Of a DNA stretch of 64,000 bases, positions 18,434 through 28,774 are shown in pieces. Origin of the DNA: an uncultured delta proteobacterium (GTDB lineage: Bacteria > Myxococcota_A > Polyangia > Polyangiales > Polyangiaceae). The stretch covers positions 2,272,001-2,336,000 of the forward strand of contig CAWAIF010000003.1 of assembly GCA_963782055.1 (NCBI GenBank), given 5' to 3'. Both the position numbers and the translations under genes were made by a program. Within the stretch, counting starts at the first letter, position 1; each line of letters begins with the position of its first letter. The notes under the pieces are model-generated. The model was not told the DNA's origin. It ran no database searches and was given only the letters and a program-made list of their open reading frames with translations.

Positions 18434-20662
18434 ATGTCGAAAGCTTGCATCCTCTTGCTCGTGGCGGCCGTCGCGTGCGGAGGTGCCGAGGCCCCCGAGG
18501 GGACGGGACCCGCGGTGGCGCCCACCGTGACGGCGACGGCCCGCGCCTCGACGTCCGCCTCCGCCGCGTCGTCGAGCGCGGCCGCTCCGCAGGTTGCCGG
18601 GACCGCTCCGTTCGCTCTCGCCGCGGACCATCCGCTCCCGTCGAACGCGCCGAAGCCCGACAGCCCCGCGGTCCTCGCGAAGAAGTACGGCGGCGCCACC
18701 GTCCCCCTCGCGTCACGCCTGCGCGCCCTCGGGGACTTCGCCGCCAAGTGGAAGACCCTCGCGTCGATGCCGCGCGCCGCGAAGGAGCGCGCCGCGGTGG
18801 CGTGGCTCAGCGCCCGCCCGGAGATCGAGGCCGCGGGCGTCGGGCATAGCAGCGTCTGGGCGCGCTTCAAGGACGGCAAGATGATCATCGTGCCGACCTA
18901 CGAGTGGAGCGCTCCCGCGCCGGCGCACGCGGCGGCCTGGCGCGAGCCTTCGTCGCGGAACGCGAAGACCGAGATCCCGGAGAGCAAGGCGCGCGTAACG
19001 CCCGCCGCGTTTGCGTACGCCACCAACGGCATCATCCGGGGCTGGCTCGGCGCACACGGCTACGAGGACACGAACGCGACGCCCTCGATCCCTTCGCTGC
19101 GCACGAAGGTGAAGAACGCCGGTCTCTTCTACATCAACACACACGGTGGCGACGGCCTCGAGCGCGACGTGAAGGTCGTCCGGGAGTTCTCGGACGATCA
19201 CCTGTACGCCCTCTGGACCTCGACGCCGGTCCTGGACGCGGACGGCAAACCGTTCACCGGCAAGGGCGTCGTGGCCCACGATCTGACGAACCTGCGCGCA
19301 AAGGCGGGTCACAATTCGCAGATCGACGACGAGCTCGCGCACGGCGAGCTCGTCTACATGTACGCGAAGATCGCGACCGGGTGGGTCTGGCACTACGCAT
19401 TCACGCACCGCTTCGTGAAGAAGTTCTTCACGTTCTCGAGCCACTCGCTCGTGTACCTCAACGCGTGCGAGAGCCAGGGCGAGTCGTCGTGGGCGATGAC
19501 CGTCGCCTTCTTGAACGCGGGAGCGGACCTCGTCGTCGGCTGGACGAAGGAGGTCAAGGACGAGTCGGCGATGCGCGCCGCCGAGTTCGTATTCGATCGC
19601 ATGCTCGGCGCGAACCAGATGAACGAGTACAAGCTCCACCCCGACAAGCCGTTCCAGCGCCCGTGGAACTTCGCCAACACCTACGGTGACCTCGTCCACA
19701 ATCACTACGACTGGGGAACCAACAGGAAGGGCGAGCCCACGGAGCTCGTCTACACCGGCAACACCGAGGTCGCGCTCATCCCGATCATCGACAAGATGGA
19801 GTCGGACGACGTCCAGCACGTGCTCACGCTTCACGGGACGTTCGGCGACGATCCGGGCGCCGCCAACCGGAAGGTGACGATCGCCGGCGCCGTGTGCCCG
19901 GTGAAGAACTGGTCCCCAACCCAGATCACCTGCGCGCTCGGAAACGACTTCAAACACGGCGACGTCATCGTCGAGAAGCTCGGGCGGACGAGCAACCCGT
20001 CGCCGCTCACCGGGTGGGTCGTCCCCGAATCGTTCGAGATCAGCGCAATCGGGGCAGGCCACTTCGGCTGGGGCCTCGGCTTCGAGGCGCACGTGCGCGG
20101 CGACGTGCACGCGGTGCGAGCGACGCCCGAGTCCACGCCGACGCCCCGCGATCCGGTGTCGTTCTACGCGGCGCCCGACTCGAAGTGCGGAGCCTCGGGC
20201 GACAAGGGTCTCTACGTGGGTCCGCACGGCGGCAAGGGGTGGATGACCGCTGCCTACGGCAGCCTCCACCTGCTCGAGGGGCCGCCGATGGGCACCGACT
20301 GGTGCGTGCTCTACGGGAAGATCAATCCGCAGAATCACAAGCTCAAGCTGGTGATTTTCGGGGTCACCGCGAAGAACGCGGGGTCGTTCCACGCCCAGGG
20401 GGGAGGCCGCACCTACACCACCGGGTTCGGCGCGGGCGTCATCCCCGTCCCGGGGCTCTTCGACGGCAGCGTCGCCGCCCCGCCGGGGATGCGGGGTCCC
20501 GCGATGCCGACGGCGATGTTCCTGCCTATGGACGACGAGGGCCAGATCACCGCCAACCACAAGGGCCCGGTCAGCTTCCCGGGAACGAACCGAGCGAACG
20601 TGACGGTGCGCTGGGGCGAGGCGAAGCCGGACGACTACCCGACGGACCAGACGCCCCAGTAG
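18434..20662 (+). CDS. Lipoprotein with putative clan CD protease-like domain and IPT/TIG domain
   Basis: AVAC lipobox; FYINTHGG and VYLNACES; LTLHGTFG...VKNWSPTQITC...GRTSN Ig-like segment. Confidence 0.8.
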   Translation: MSKACILLLVAAVACGGAEAPEGTGPAVAPTVTATARASTSASAASSSAAAPQVAGTAPFALAADHPLPSNAPKPDSPAVLAKKYGGATVPLASRLRALGDFAAKWKTLASMPRAAKERAAVAWLSARPEIEAAGVGHSSVWARFKDGKMIIVPTYEWSAPAPAHAAAWREPSSRNAKTEIPESKARVTPAAFAYATNGIIRGWLGAHGYEDTNATPSIPSLRTKVKNAGLFYINTHGGDGLERDVKVVREFSDDHLYALWTSTPVLDADGKPFTGKGVVAHDLTNLRAKAGHNSQIDDELAHGELVYMYAKIATGWVWHYAFTHRFVKKFFTFSSHSLVYLNACESQGESSWAMTVAFLNAGADLVVGWTKEVKDESAMRAAEFVFDRMLGANQMNEYKLHPDKPFQRPWNFANTYGDLVHNHYDWGTNRKGEPTELVYTGNTEVALIPIIDKMESDDVQHVLTLHGTFGDDPGAANRKVTIAGAVCPVKNWSPTQITCALGNDFKHGDVIVEKLGRTSNPSPLTGWVVPESFEISAIGAGHFGWGLGFEAHVRGDVHAVRATPESTPTPRDPVSFYAAPDSKCGASGDKGLYVGPHGGKGWMTAAYGSLHLLEGPPMGTDWCVLYGKINPQNHKLKLVIFGVTAKNAGSFHAQGGGRTYTTGFGAGVIPVPGLFDGSVAAPPGMRGPAMPTAMFLPMDDEGQITANHKGPVSFPGTNRANVTVRWGEAKPDDYPTDQTPQ

Positions 20663-20941
20663 CATGATGGCGTCCTGACGCCGTTCGAGATCGCGGCGAC
20701 GGTGACCACGTTGCGGCTCGCGCGCACCGAGCGTGCGCGGCATGCCGAGGCTGCTGGTCTTCAAGGGCGGTGAGCCAACGGCGGTCGCACCTGGGCGTCG
20801 CCACGCGCGAGAGGCTCCTCCAGGAGCAAGACGCGTCGAGCCGGGCGAGCGCAATCGCCTGAGTCGTTGCTGTCCCAACCATCTGGACGGGGCATGCCAT
20901 ATAGCAGGTCCGCGGCCCGCGAATCGCGGTAGTGTGCGTCG

Positions 20942-23440
20942 ATGGGCTCTGTGCAGTTCAAGCGCTCCCCCGCGCACGTTTCACGCGCCGTCGTGGTGCT
21001 TCTTTCGTTCGTCGCCGCGCTGTGCGGTGCGCTCGTCCTCGGGGCGTGCAGCGGCGGCACCGGAAGCGTCCCCGGCCACGACGCCGGCGCCGGCCCGGCT
21101 CCGGGTGTGCTGCGCGTGCTGATCACCGGCCTGCCGGAGCGACAGAGCGCGTTCGTCGTGATCTCGGCGCCGGGCGTGGAGAGAAAGCTGACGACGAGCG
21201 CCGACGTGCCGCTCGCGCCCGGCGACTACACCGTCTTCGCCGCCGCGGTGACCGACGCGGACAAGACCGACGGCACGGGCTTCGCCCCGGACGAGGAGAG
21301 CCAGCCGGTCACGGTCACCGCCGACGCGGGCGCGACGGTCGACATCCCGTACGCGCTGGTGACCCCGCAGATCGCCCCGGAGACGCACGTCGCCGGGCCG
21401 GAGACCGCCGCCTCACTGGCGAGCTTGACGCGCGACGCCGAGGACGGCGCGACGCTGGTCTTCGCTCACCCGACCGCCGAGACCACCGGGTGGAAGGTGG
21501 GCGACCTCGTCGTCTTCGGCGACACGCCGACCACTCCGGACGGGTTCTTCGGTCGCGTCGCCACCACCGACGGGACCACCGTCACGACCACCGCCGCCTC
21601 GCTCCAGGAGATGATCCAGCAAGGCGTCATCGACTACACGAAGAGCTTCTCGCCCTCCGACATCGTCAAGGTCACCGCGCTCGACTCCGGGCTGGCCGGC
21701 GACGTGCGCATCTGCAACTCGCTCACCGCGTCGCTGCCCGCGAAGAAGGGCGCCACCAGCGTGGCGCTGACCGTCGGCGGCGACATCTGCTTCACGCCGA
21801 CGATCAAACTGAAGGCGCACTTCTCCCTCACCCACCTGCCCGACATCTACTTCGACGTGGGCGCGGGCATGACCGGCTCGCTCGACGTGACCGGCGCCGC
21901 CACCATCGCCATCGACGACGCGGTGCCCATCCTGGATGTCTCCCTCGCCACCTTCGACATCCAGCTGGGCCCCATCCCCCTCGTCATCAAGCCGGAGATC
22001 TCCATCAGCGTCGGCGCGAGCGGCGAGGTGACCGCGAGCGTCACCGCCGGCATCACCAGCGCCGTCGACGCCTACGGAGGTTTCTCCTTCAACGGCAAGC
22101 ACAAGCGCTTCGACGCCTTCAGCGGGCACAGTGAGTCGTTCGGCTTCCAGCAGCCCACGCCGCAGGCCACCGCCACGCTCCGAGGCTACGGCGGCCCGCA
22201 GCTCACCCTGCTCATCTACGGTCTCGCCGGTCCCTTCATCAACCTGGAGGGCTACACCCAGCTCGACGTGGACCTCCTGAACAGCCCGCTCCACGGCGGC
22301 TTCGACCTGAACGCGGGCATCAGCTCGACCAAGCTTCTGAAGCTGGAGTACTCGGTGCAGCTCTTCGAGTACGACAAGGTCCTCGCAACGGCACCGGACC
22401 CGCCGCCATTCGGATCGCGCGTCGCGCTGGTCACCTCTTCGCCCTCCGCCACCAACCTCGCCGTCGACCCGAGCGATACCCTCTACGTCGCCACCGGCGA
22501 TGACGTTCGCGCGCTCACGCCCGAGGGCGCCACCGCCTGGACGTACACCGGCACGGGCGTGATGGAGCACGTCGCCCGCGCCGCCGACGGCACGCTGTTC
22601 GCGGCCGACTTCAACGGCGGCGTCTACGCGCTCACCTCCGCGGGCACGGAGAAGTGGACCACCACGCTGACACCGCAGGTGCGCGGCATCGCGACGCCTG
22701 CGGCGAACCTGCTCTACGTGTCGACCGGCAACGCGGTGGCCTCGATGAACACCGCCAACGGTAACGTCGTGTGGAGCACCGACCTCGGCGACGCGCCGCT
22801 CTCCATCTCGGTGGGCAAGGACGGCACCATCTACGCGCCCACCGGGTCCGGCCTGGTGGCGCTCGCGCCGAGCGGGAGCGTGAAGTGGACCGCTGCGTCT
22901 GCCCAGGCGGAGGAAGGCGGCGCGGCCATCGCCGACGACGGCACCATCTACACCCAGGTCAACGACGGCGCGCTCGCCGCGGTGCGCCCGGATGGCTCGC
23001 TGAAGTGGAAGCGGACGGTGCTCACCAGCGATCAGCCATCCGGGCCGGTCGTGGGAGCCGACGGGAGCATCTACCTCTGCGGCACCGACCCGGGCGCAGC
23101 CCTCGTCGCGCTCGAGCCGACGAGCGGCGACACGAAGTGGCGGTATGCCCTGAGCGATTCGTGCAAGGGGCCGCCGGCAATGGGCGCCGACGGAAACCTC
23201 TACCTCGCGACAGCCGACAACCTGCGGGTCCTCCGAGCGTCGGACGGAAAGCTGCTCTGGCACGCCTCCATTCCGGGCGGCGTCGGCGCGCCGACTGGAT
23301 CGCCGCTCTTTCTGTCGAGCAAGAACGTGGTCGCGGTCAACACCGGCGGCCTGGGGATCTATTACGCCGGGACCACGCTGGCGACCAACGGCTGGCCGCG
23401 TGACGGTTACGACGGCGCGGCGGCGGGAGCGAAGAAGTGA
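20942..23440 (+). CDS. Lipoprotein with C-terminal PQQ-like beta-propeller
   Basis: VLGAC lipobox; repeated DGTIY...ALxPxGxxKW. Confidence 0.88.
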   Translation: MGSVQFKRSPAHVSRAVVVLLSFVAALCGALVLGACSGGTGSVPGHDAGAGPAPGVLRVLITGLPERQSAFVVISAPGVERKLTTSADVPLAPGDYTVFAAAVTDADKTDGTGFAPDEESQPVTVTADAGATVDIPYALVTPQIAPETHVAGPETAASLASLTRDAEDGATLVFAHPTAETTGWKVGDLVVFGDTPTTPDGFFGRVATTDGTTVTTTAASLQEMIQQGVIDYTKSFSPSDIVKVTALDSGLAGDVRICNSLTASLPAKKGATSVALTVGGDICFTPTIKLKAHFSLTHLPDIYFDVGAGMTGSLDVTGAATIAIDDAVPILDVSLATFDIQLGPIPLVIKPEISISVGASGEVTASVTAGITSAVDAYGGFSFNGKHKRFDAFSGHSESFGFQQPTPQATATLRGYGGPQLTLLIYGLAGPFINLEGYTQLDVDLLNSPLHGGFDLNAGISSTKLLKLEYSVQLFEYDKVLATAPDPPPFGSRVALVTSSPSATNLAVDPSDTLYVATGDDVRALTPEGATAWTYTGTGVMEHVARAADGTLFAADFNGGVYALTSAGTEKWTTTLTPQVRGIATPAANLLYVSTGNAVASMNTANGNVVWSTDLGDAPLSISVGKDGTIYAPTGSGLVALAPSGSVKWTAASAQAEEGGAAIADDGTIYTQVNDGALAAVRPDGSLKWKRTVLTSDQPSGPVVGADGSIYLCGTDPGAALVALEPTSGDTKWRYALSDSCKGPPAMGADGNLYLATADNLRVLRASDGKLLWHASIPGGVGAPTGSPLFLSSKNVVAVNTGGLGIYYAGTTLATNGWPRDGYDGAAAGAKK

Positions 23441-24009
23441 AGCTGGCGCACGCCCTCCGCCCGGTCGCGATCGCCGCCGCCGCGCTCGCCCTCGCGATGG
23501 CGGCGTGCGAGGAGACCACGCCGGACACCTTCGACGCCGGCGGTCCTATCCCCGTGTTCGATTCAGGGGTCGAGGCGGGCCCGGTCACCTGCGACACACC
23601 GGATTGCCAGCCGGCGGATTTTCGGGCCGTCGCCACCCTGCCTGCCTGCTGCACCGTGGACGGTGCTTGCGGCCTGCAGCTCGCGCCGGCGTCGCCCTAC
23701 CTCCCCACGCCGGCCGGCTGCACCGCGGTCTCCAACCCGGGCGTGTCCGACGACCAGTGTCCGAGCTACGCCGCGCCCAGCTCGCTGTACAAGGAGGATC
23801 TGCAGGGCTGCTGTCGCGGCGACCACACGTGCGGGATCTTCGTGGCGCTCGCTGACACGCTGGACCTCGGATGCGTGCCGGCGAGGGGGTTCCTCGACGA
23901 CGCGGGCGTCGGCGCGCCGTGCGGACTGGACGACGGAGGCGCGGGCGACGCGGCGTCGGATGATGGAGGTGACGCGCAGGACGCCGACCCCGACGTCACC
24001 GGAGACTGA
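23437..24009 (+). CDS. Cys-rich lipoprotein
   Basis: GTGA overlap; MAAC lipobox; CC...CG motifs; DAG-rich tail. Confidence 0.85.
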   Translation: MKLAHALRPVAIAAAALALAMAACEETTPDTFDAGGPIPVFDSGVEAGPVTCDTPDCQPADFRAVATLPACCTVDGACGLQLAPASPYLPTPAGCTAVSNPGVSDDQCPSYAAPSSLYKEDLQGCCRGDHTCGIFVALADTLDLGCVPARGFLDDAGVGAPCGLDDGGAGDAASDDGGDAQDADPDVTGD

Positions 24010-24300
24010 CCGACCCGATCCACGCAAGCTCGCCGGTTTCCTCGTGCGCGCGCGGTGACGCGGGATGGGCGACTCTCGCCCCTGGTTCGTCGTTCCAGTG
24101 GGACCGGTCGCCACCCTTTCGCACAAGAGGGATTGCCGGCATTCACGTGCTTCTGCGCCCCTGCGGTCGCCTAGAACAATGGTATGAACGGTCGTGGCGT
24201 CCTGGGGAGATGGAGTGAGCCATCCTGGTCCGTCACCCCAGCCGGACCGCACGCGGTCCGTCTGGATGCGGGCGACGGCTCGCCTCGGGGAGGCTTCATC

Positions 24301-24666
24301 ATGACCACCCACCCTCGCGTCAATCTCGCCTCCGGTTGGTGCCTCGTCGCCGCGTGCCTCGCAATCGGCGTCGTCGGCTGTCGGGGCCACGACCATCGCC
24401 CCCACGCCAATCTCGCTACCACCCGAGGGAGCGTCGCGACGACGGGCGGCGGCACCGGCACGCCTTGCCACCGCGATTCTGATTGCAGGCTCGTCGACTG
24501 CGCGGGCTGCACCTGCGGGGGCGTTCACGTGAAGGACCCCGACGGGTGCGAGCGGTCGCGCTGCGTGGCCTGGCCATGCGCCGGCTACGTCGCCGTGTGC
24601 GATGCGACGACCCACCGCTGTCGCTCCGAGAAGTCGAGCGGACCCGACGCGAGCCGCACGCCCTGA
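24301..24666 (+). CDS. Small Cys-rich lipoprotein
   Basis: GGAGG RBS; VVGC lipobox; CHRDSDC...C cluster. Confidence 0.7.
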   Translation: MTTHPRVNLASGWCLVAACLAIGVVGCRGHDHRPHANLATTRGSVATTGGGTGTPCHRDSDCRLVDCAGCTCGGVHVKDPDGCERSRCVAWPCAGYVAVCDATTHRCRSEKSSGPDASRTP

Positions 24667-24693
24667 CCGGGCTCGACGAATCCTGGCGCGCCC

Positions 24694-25147
24694 TCAGCGG
24701 GCGGCGCCGCTCGTCGCGGGCGGCGGCCCCGGAGGACCGCAGGGGAAGCGTCGCGCGCACGTGTGCGGCGCGGTCAGCGTGCAGCGGGGCTTCTCAACGC
24801 CGCAGGTCGCGTCGTCGAGCGTCTCGCAGCGCGAGATGCACCCGACGGTGGGGCAGTTCGACGCAAAGCACCGGGCGTCCGTGACGCACGCGGCGACCGA
24901 CTCGCCGCGGTAGCCCATCCCTTCGCAGCGCGGATTCTGCCTCGCACGACCCGACGTCGTGGTGCGCCCCGCAGGGATCGCCCGCCGGCGCCGCGCACCA
25001 GTCGGTCGTGCGGAAACCGCAGTCCGGGCTCGCGCTCCGCGTCGGCGTCGCCGTCGGCGCGCTCCGGTGGGCCTTCTTCGGCGTCGTGCACGACACGAGC
25101 ACCAAGACCGAAGTCGCGAGCACGAGCGAAGAAGCGGCATGGAGCAT
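24694..25147 (-). pseudogene. Small Cys-rich lipoprotein, frameshift near 24935
   Basis: LVLVSC lipobox frame continues in another frame as PRCEGMGYRGESVAAC. Confidence 0.6.
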
Positions 25148-25286
25148 CGCCGGCGATGATCGTCGAGCTCTCCCGCCCGGCGCAAGTCGCGTGGCCCTAT
25201 CAGCTCGTCGTCGTCTCGCTTCGTCGATGGTCATGCGGTCGAGTCCGGCGGCACGAACCGGCGGGGCGCAGGTGCTGCCCGCCGGG

Positions 25287-26141
25287 CTAGGCCAGCGCGG
25301 TGGGCTCCAGGTTCTCCGGCTTCTGCGCGAGCTCCCCGGCCGTCAGCCGCGCGTAGATCTCGACGAGGGTGCCGTCGGGGTCTTCGAGCCAGAGCTCGTG
25401 GAGCGGCGTGCCGCGCCAGGTGGTGCGCGGCGGCTTGGTGACGGTCCAACCGGCATCCCTCGCCAGCGCGTACGCGCGCACGACGGCCGCCTTGTCGCCG
25501 ACCGCGACGCCGAGGTGATAGAGCGTGTCGTGGTGCAGCTCCTTGCCGTCGGACACCACGACCACGAAGTTGGTGTGTAGCCGCGGGTGGACGAAGGTCG
25601 AGTAGCGGTGCGTCCACTCCTTCGGCTGCACGCCCAGCAACCAGGCATAGAAGCGGGTGCTCCTCGCGAGGTTGGTCACGCGAACGCTCGCGTGGAACTC
25701 GTCGGGCTCGGGGCCCGCGGGGACCTCGAGGAGCGCCTCGAGGACCTCGAGGCGTCCCTGGATCTGGTCGCGCGCCGCTCGAAACCGGGCGAGCGCCTCT
25801 TCGCGCGGGACCGACGCGTCCTTGGTGGCCGGATTGGAGATCGGCCAGTGGAGCCTGCGGGCCTCGCCGAGGAAGACCGGGCAGACCTCCTCTGCGCACA
25901 GCGTGATGACGGTCCCGACCGTGGCCGGATCGATCGTCTGGACCGACTTCGAATGGTGCGTCGTGAGGTCCACGCCGACCTCGCGCATGACCTCGATCGC
26001 GTAGGGGTTGACCTGCGAGGGCTCGCTTCCGGCGCTCTGGACCGCCACGCGCTCGCCGAAGAGCTTTCGCGCGAGGCCCTCGGCCATCTGGCTGCGCGCG
26101 GAGTTCGCGACGCAGAGAAAGAGGATGCTCAGGCTCGGCAT
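25287..26141 (-). CDS. arsC: ArsC/LMW-PTP arsenate reductase fused to a VOC (ArsI/CadI-like) domain
   Basis: [26 protein letters not shown]; then FHASVRV...YHLGV...[14 protein letters not shown]. Confidence 0.85.
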   Translation of the reverse strand: MPSLSILFLCVANSARSQMAEGLARKLFGERVAVQSAGSEPSQVNPYAIEVMREVGVDLTTHHSKSVQTIDPATVGTVITLCAEEVCPVFLGEARRLHWPISNPATKDASVPREEALARFRAARDQIQGRLEVLEALLEVPAGPEPDEFHASVRVTNLARSTRFYAWLLGVQPKEWTHRYSTFVHPRLHTNFVVVVSDGKELHHDTLYHLGVAVGDKAAVVRAYALARDAGWTVTKPPRTTWRGTPLHELWLEDPDGTLVEIYARLTAGELAQKPENLEPTALA

Positions 26142-26383
26142 GGGTGTCCGTTTCCTCCCGGCTCGCGCGGGCCGAGAACTCGTTCGCGGCGTCTGGCTCG
26201 CAGTCTACGTCCACCGTCCCGTTCGCGCTCGAAGTCAGCGTCCCCTCCGGCGCCCAGGGCCAGGTCGTGCGGAGGACCCCCCGGAGCGGCGCGCTCGTGT
26301 CGGCCTTTGCGGCCGGCCGCCCACCCAGCTTGGCGGAAGCGGGCCGCCGGTGATCTACAGTGGAGCCGGCGGGAAGGGGGCGA

Positions 26384-27052
26384 TCATTGCTCCGATCTTC
26401 GCCGAAGGGGAGGGTGCAGGGCAGTCTTTGCCGGGCGACGTCCGCGCGAGCGAACGAGTGTGCCTGCGCGCGCTCCGGCGACGACGGTGCGGACCGCGAT
26501 CTCGAGCAGCTCGTCCTTGAGCCGGCCTGACGCGCTCGCGTTCCATGCGTCGACGACGGCCGAAAGCATGTGCAGCAACAGCTGCGGATCGGTGCCGTCG
26601 GGGAGCTCGCCCCGCGCCATGGCTCGCGTGACCATCGCGCGCCATTCGGCGCTGCGCTCCTTCACGGGTTCGTCGATCACTGCGCTCACCTCGGGGTCGT
26701 GCTTCTCTGCGAGGAGCCGCGCCCATGCCCTTCCTTCCACGCGGTCCTTGAAGGTCACCCTGCGGCGGAAGGCCTTGGCGAGGTCCTGCTCGAGCGAGCC
26801 GGTGTCGGGCAGCGGCACGTCGTGCACGGACCGGCGCATCCACTGGACGGCGGCGGCGACGAGCAGCCGCTTGCTGGGCCAGCGCCGGTAGATGGTGGTC
26901 TTGTTCACCTTGGCGGTCGCGCTCACCGCGTCCATGCGGAACGCCCGGTAGCCGGACTCCGCCAGCTCGGCGACGGAGGCAGCGAGCACCTGCTGCACGA
27001 CGCGCGCACTGCGCCCGCCGAGCACTCCTCTCGTTCGACGCGTCTTCACCAC
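26384..27052 (-). CDS. TetR/AcrR family transcriptional regulator
   Basis: LAESGYRAFRMDAVSATAKVNKTTIYRRWPSK HTH; PDTGSLEQDL. Confidence 0.9.
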   Translation of the reverse strand: MVKTRRTRGVLGGRSARVVQQVLAASVAELAESGYRAFRMDAVSATAKVNKTTIYRRWPSKRLLVAAAVQWMRRSVHDVPLPDTGSLEQDLAKAFRRRVTFKDRVEGRAWARLLAEKHDPEVSAVIDEPVKERSAEWRAMVTRAMARGELPDGTDPQLLLHMLSAVVDAWNASASGRLKDELLEIAVRTVVAGARAGTLVRSRGRRPAKTALHPPLRRRSEQ

Positions 27053-27082
27053 GCTCTCGACGATACAGCGGCGCTCGGCGAC

Positions 27083-27149
27083 ATGGCAAGCGCAAGTTGC
27101 CATCGTCCGGTCCGAGAGGTACGCTCCAAGTTGGCAAGACAGCGTTGCC
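27083..27149. promoter_or_regulatory. Two palindromic operators between divergent genes
   Basis: ATGGCAA-N7-TTGCCAT (27083-27103) and GGCAA-N7-TTGCC (27133-27149). Confidence 0.7.
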
Positions 27150-27162
27150 TTGTGGAGGTTGC

Positions 27163-27480
27163 ATGCTCTGGTACCAGTTTCCCGCGTACTTCTTCGGGGG
27201 CGCCTTCTTCGCGAACTTCGTCCCCCACTTCGTCTCGGGGATCCTGGGGCGCACCTTCCCGACTCCGTTCGCCACACCCCCGTTTCGCGGACAGTCGTCG
27301 TCGCGCACGAACGTGCTCTACGGGGTGGGCAACCTCGCGGTCGCCTACGCGCTGCTCTCGCGCGGCGGGGACTTCGGACCGCGGAGCGCGCTGCACGCGG
27401 GTCTCTTCGGGCTCGGCCTCACGCTGTGGTCGCTGATGATCGTGCGCTCGCTGGCGCGCACTCAGCAAGGTGCCGGCTGA
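27163..27480 (+). CDS. Small membrane protein
   Basis: GGAGG RBS; FFGGAFFANFVPHFVSG...FPTPFATPP; three hydrophobic segments. Confidence 0.85.
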   Translation: MLWYQFPAYFFGGAFFANFVPHFVSGILGRTFPTPFATPPFRGQSSSRTNVLYGVGNLAVAYALLSRGGDFGPRSALHAGLFGLGLTLWSLMIVRSLARTQQGAG

Positions 27481-27580
27481 GCGCGTTCGCGCACGACAGC
27501 CGCGGGCTCGCCGAGACGTACGATCGGGTCAGCGAGGTGCCGTTCGAGGAAGGCAAGCGGCTCGTCGAGCGGCTCGGGAC
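27478..27580 (+). pseudogene. N-terminal fragment of a SAM-methyltransferase-like gene
   Basis: HDSRGLAETYDRVSEVPFEEGKRLVERLG, cut before the SAM-binding motif. Confidence 0.4.
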
Positions 27581-27595
27581 GAGTATGCTGCGCGC

Positions 27596-28654
27596 ATGCA
27601 GCCGTTCACCTCGCTCGCTCGGTTCGCCGGCCTCGCCGTCGTGTTCGCGTCGGTGCCGGCCGGCGCGACGCCTCCGCTCGCCGTCCGGGGCACGCCCCGC
27701 ACGAGCGCGGCCGCCGTCTCCGCCGCCTCCGCGCGGCTCGAGCGCATGCTCGCGACGGCGCCGCGCATCGCGGAGAACATGCGGGCCGATGGCGACGAGG
27801 TGCACGTCTTCGGCACGGATGAGGCCGTCACCGACCTCCCCGAGCTGCGGCATCGCCGCGGGCTGCGCGCGGGGACGCAGCGGTGGGAGCAGCGCTACCG
27901 AGGCGGCGAGGCGCTCGGTCGCTTCGCCGAATGCGGCGCGCACAACCTGCTCGCGCTCCCGCGCGATCCATACCCTGCAGGCTACGACGTCTGCTCGCAC
28001 GAGATCGCGCACGTCGTATTCGACGTGGGGCTCGACGCGCGTCTGCGCGCCAGAGTCGTCGCGCGATACCACGCGGCGCTGCGCGCCGGCCTCTGGCGCG
28101 GCATGTACGCGGCGAAGAGCGTCGACGAGTTCTTCGCCGAGACGTCGATGCGCTACTTCGACCTGTCACACGACACGCGCCCGCGCGCCCCGTCGCTTCA
28201 CCTCGGCGCGGCGGCGCTCCGCGCCTACGACCCCGAGACGTTCTCGTTGCTCGACGACATTTACCGCGGCCGGCTGGTGCCCGCGCGCACGAGTCGCCGC
28301 GTGCTCGCGCCGCTGGGACGTGTCGCCGCGCGAGCTGCGCGCTCCCACGCCGGCGTCGTGCCGAGCACGCTGTGGCTCGAGAACGCCTCGTCCGCCACGC
28401 TGCGATGGGCGCGCGTGGACGCGGGCGGCGGGATCCTGGTCGCGCCGCACGCGACGCCGGCCGGCACGATTGACACGCCTGGCGGTGCCATCGGTGACGT
28501 CATCACGGTGATCGACGAGGCCTCTCGCGCGCGCGTGGCGACGGTCGTCCTCGCCGACGTGCCGGGCTCGCTGCGCATCACCGACCGGATGGTGCGCGCC
28601 GCCGCAAAAGACACCGACGGCGTCCCGCGCGTGCACGTGCCCCTTCCGTTCTGA
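27596..28654 (+). CDS. Secreted zinc metalloprotease-like protein
   Basis: Signal peptide; HEIAH and downstream EFFAE; LRAYDPETF. Confidence 0.75.
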   Translation: MQPFTSLARFAGLAVVFASVPAGATPPLAVRGTPRTSAAAVSAASARLERMLATAPRIAENMRADGDEVHVFGTDEAVTDLPELRHRRGLRAGTQRWEQRYRGGEALGRFAECGAHNLLALPRDPYPAGYDVCSHEIAHVVFDVGLDARLRARVVARYHAALRAGLWRGMYAAKSVDEFFAETSMRYFDLSHDTRPRAPSLHLGAAALRAYDPETFSLLDDIYRGRLVPARTSRRVLAPLGRVAARAARSHAGVVPSTLWLENASSATLRWARVDAGGGILVAPHATPAGTIDTPGGAIGDVITVIDEASRARVATVVLADVPGSLRITDRMVRAAAKDTDGVPRVHVPLPF

Positions 28655-28774
28655 CGGAAGTTGCGCGCGCCTCGGCTCGGGACACGTCGCGCGATCCAGG
28701 AACATCGCGCGCCCACCAGCAGCCACGCGCCCAGCGCCAACGACGTCGTGCTCCGCGGCGTCGCGGATCGTGCA

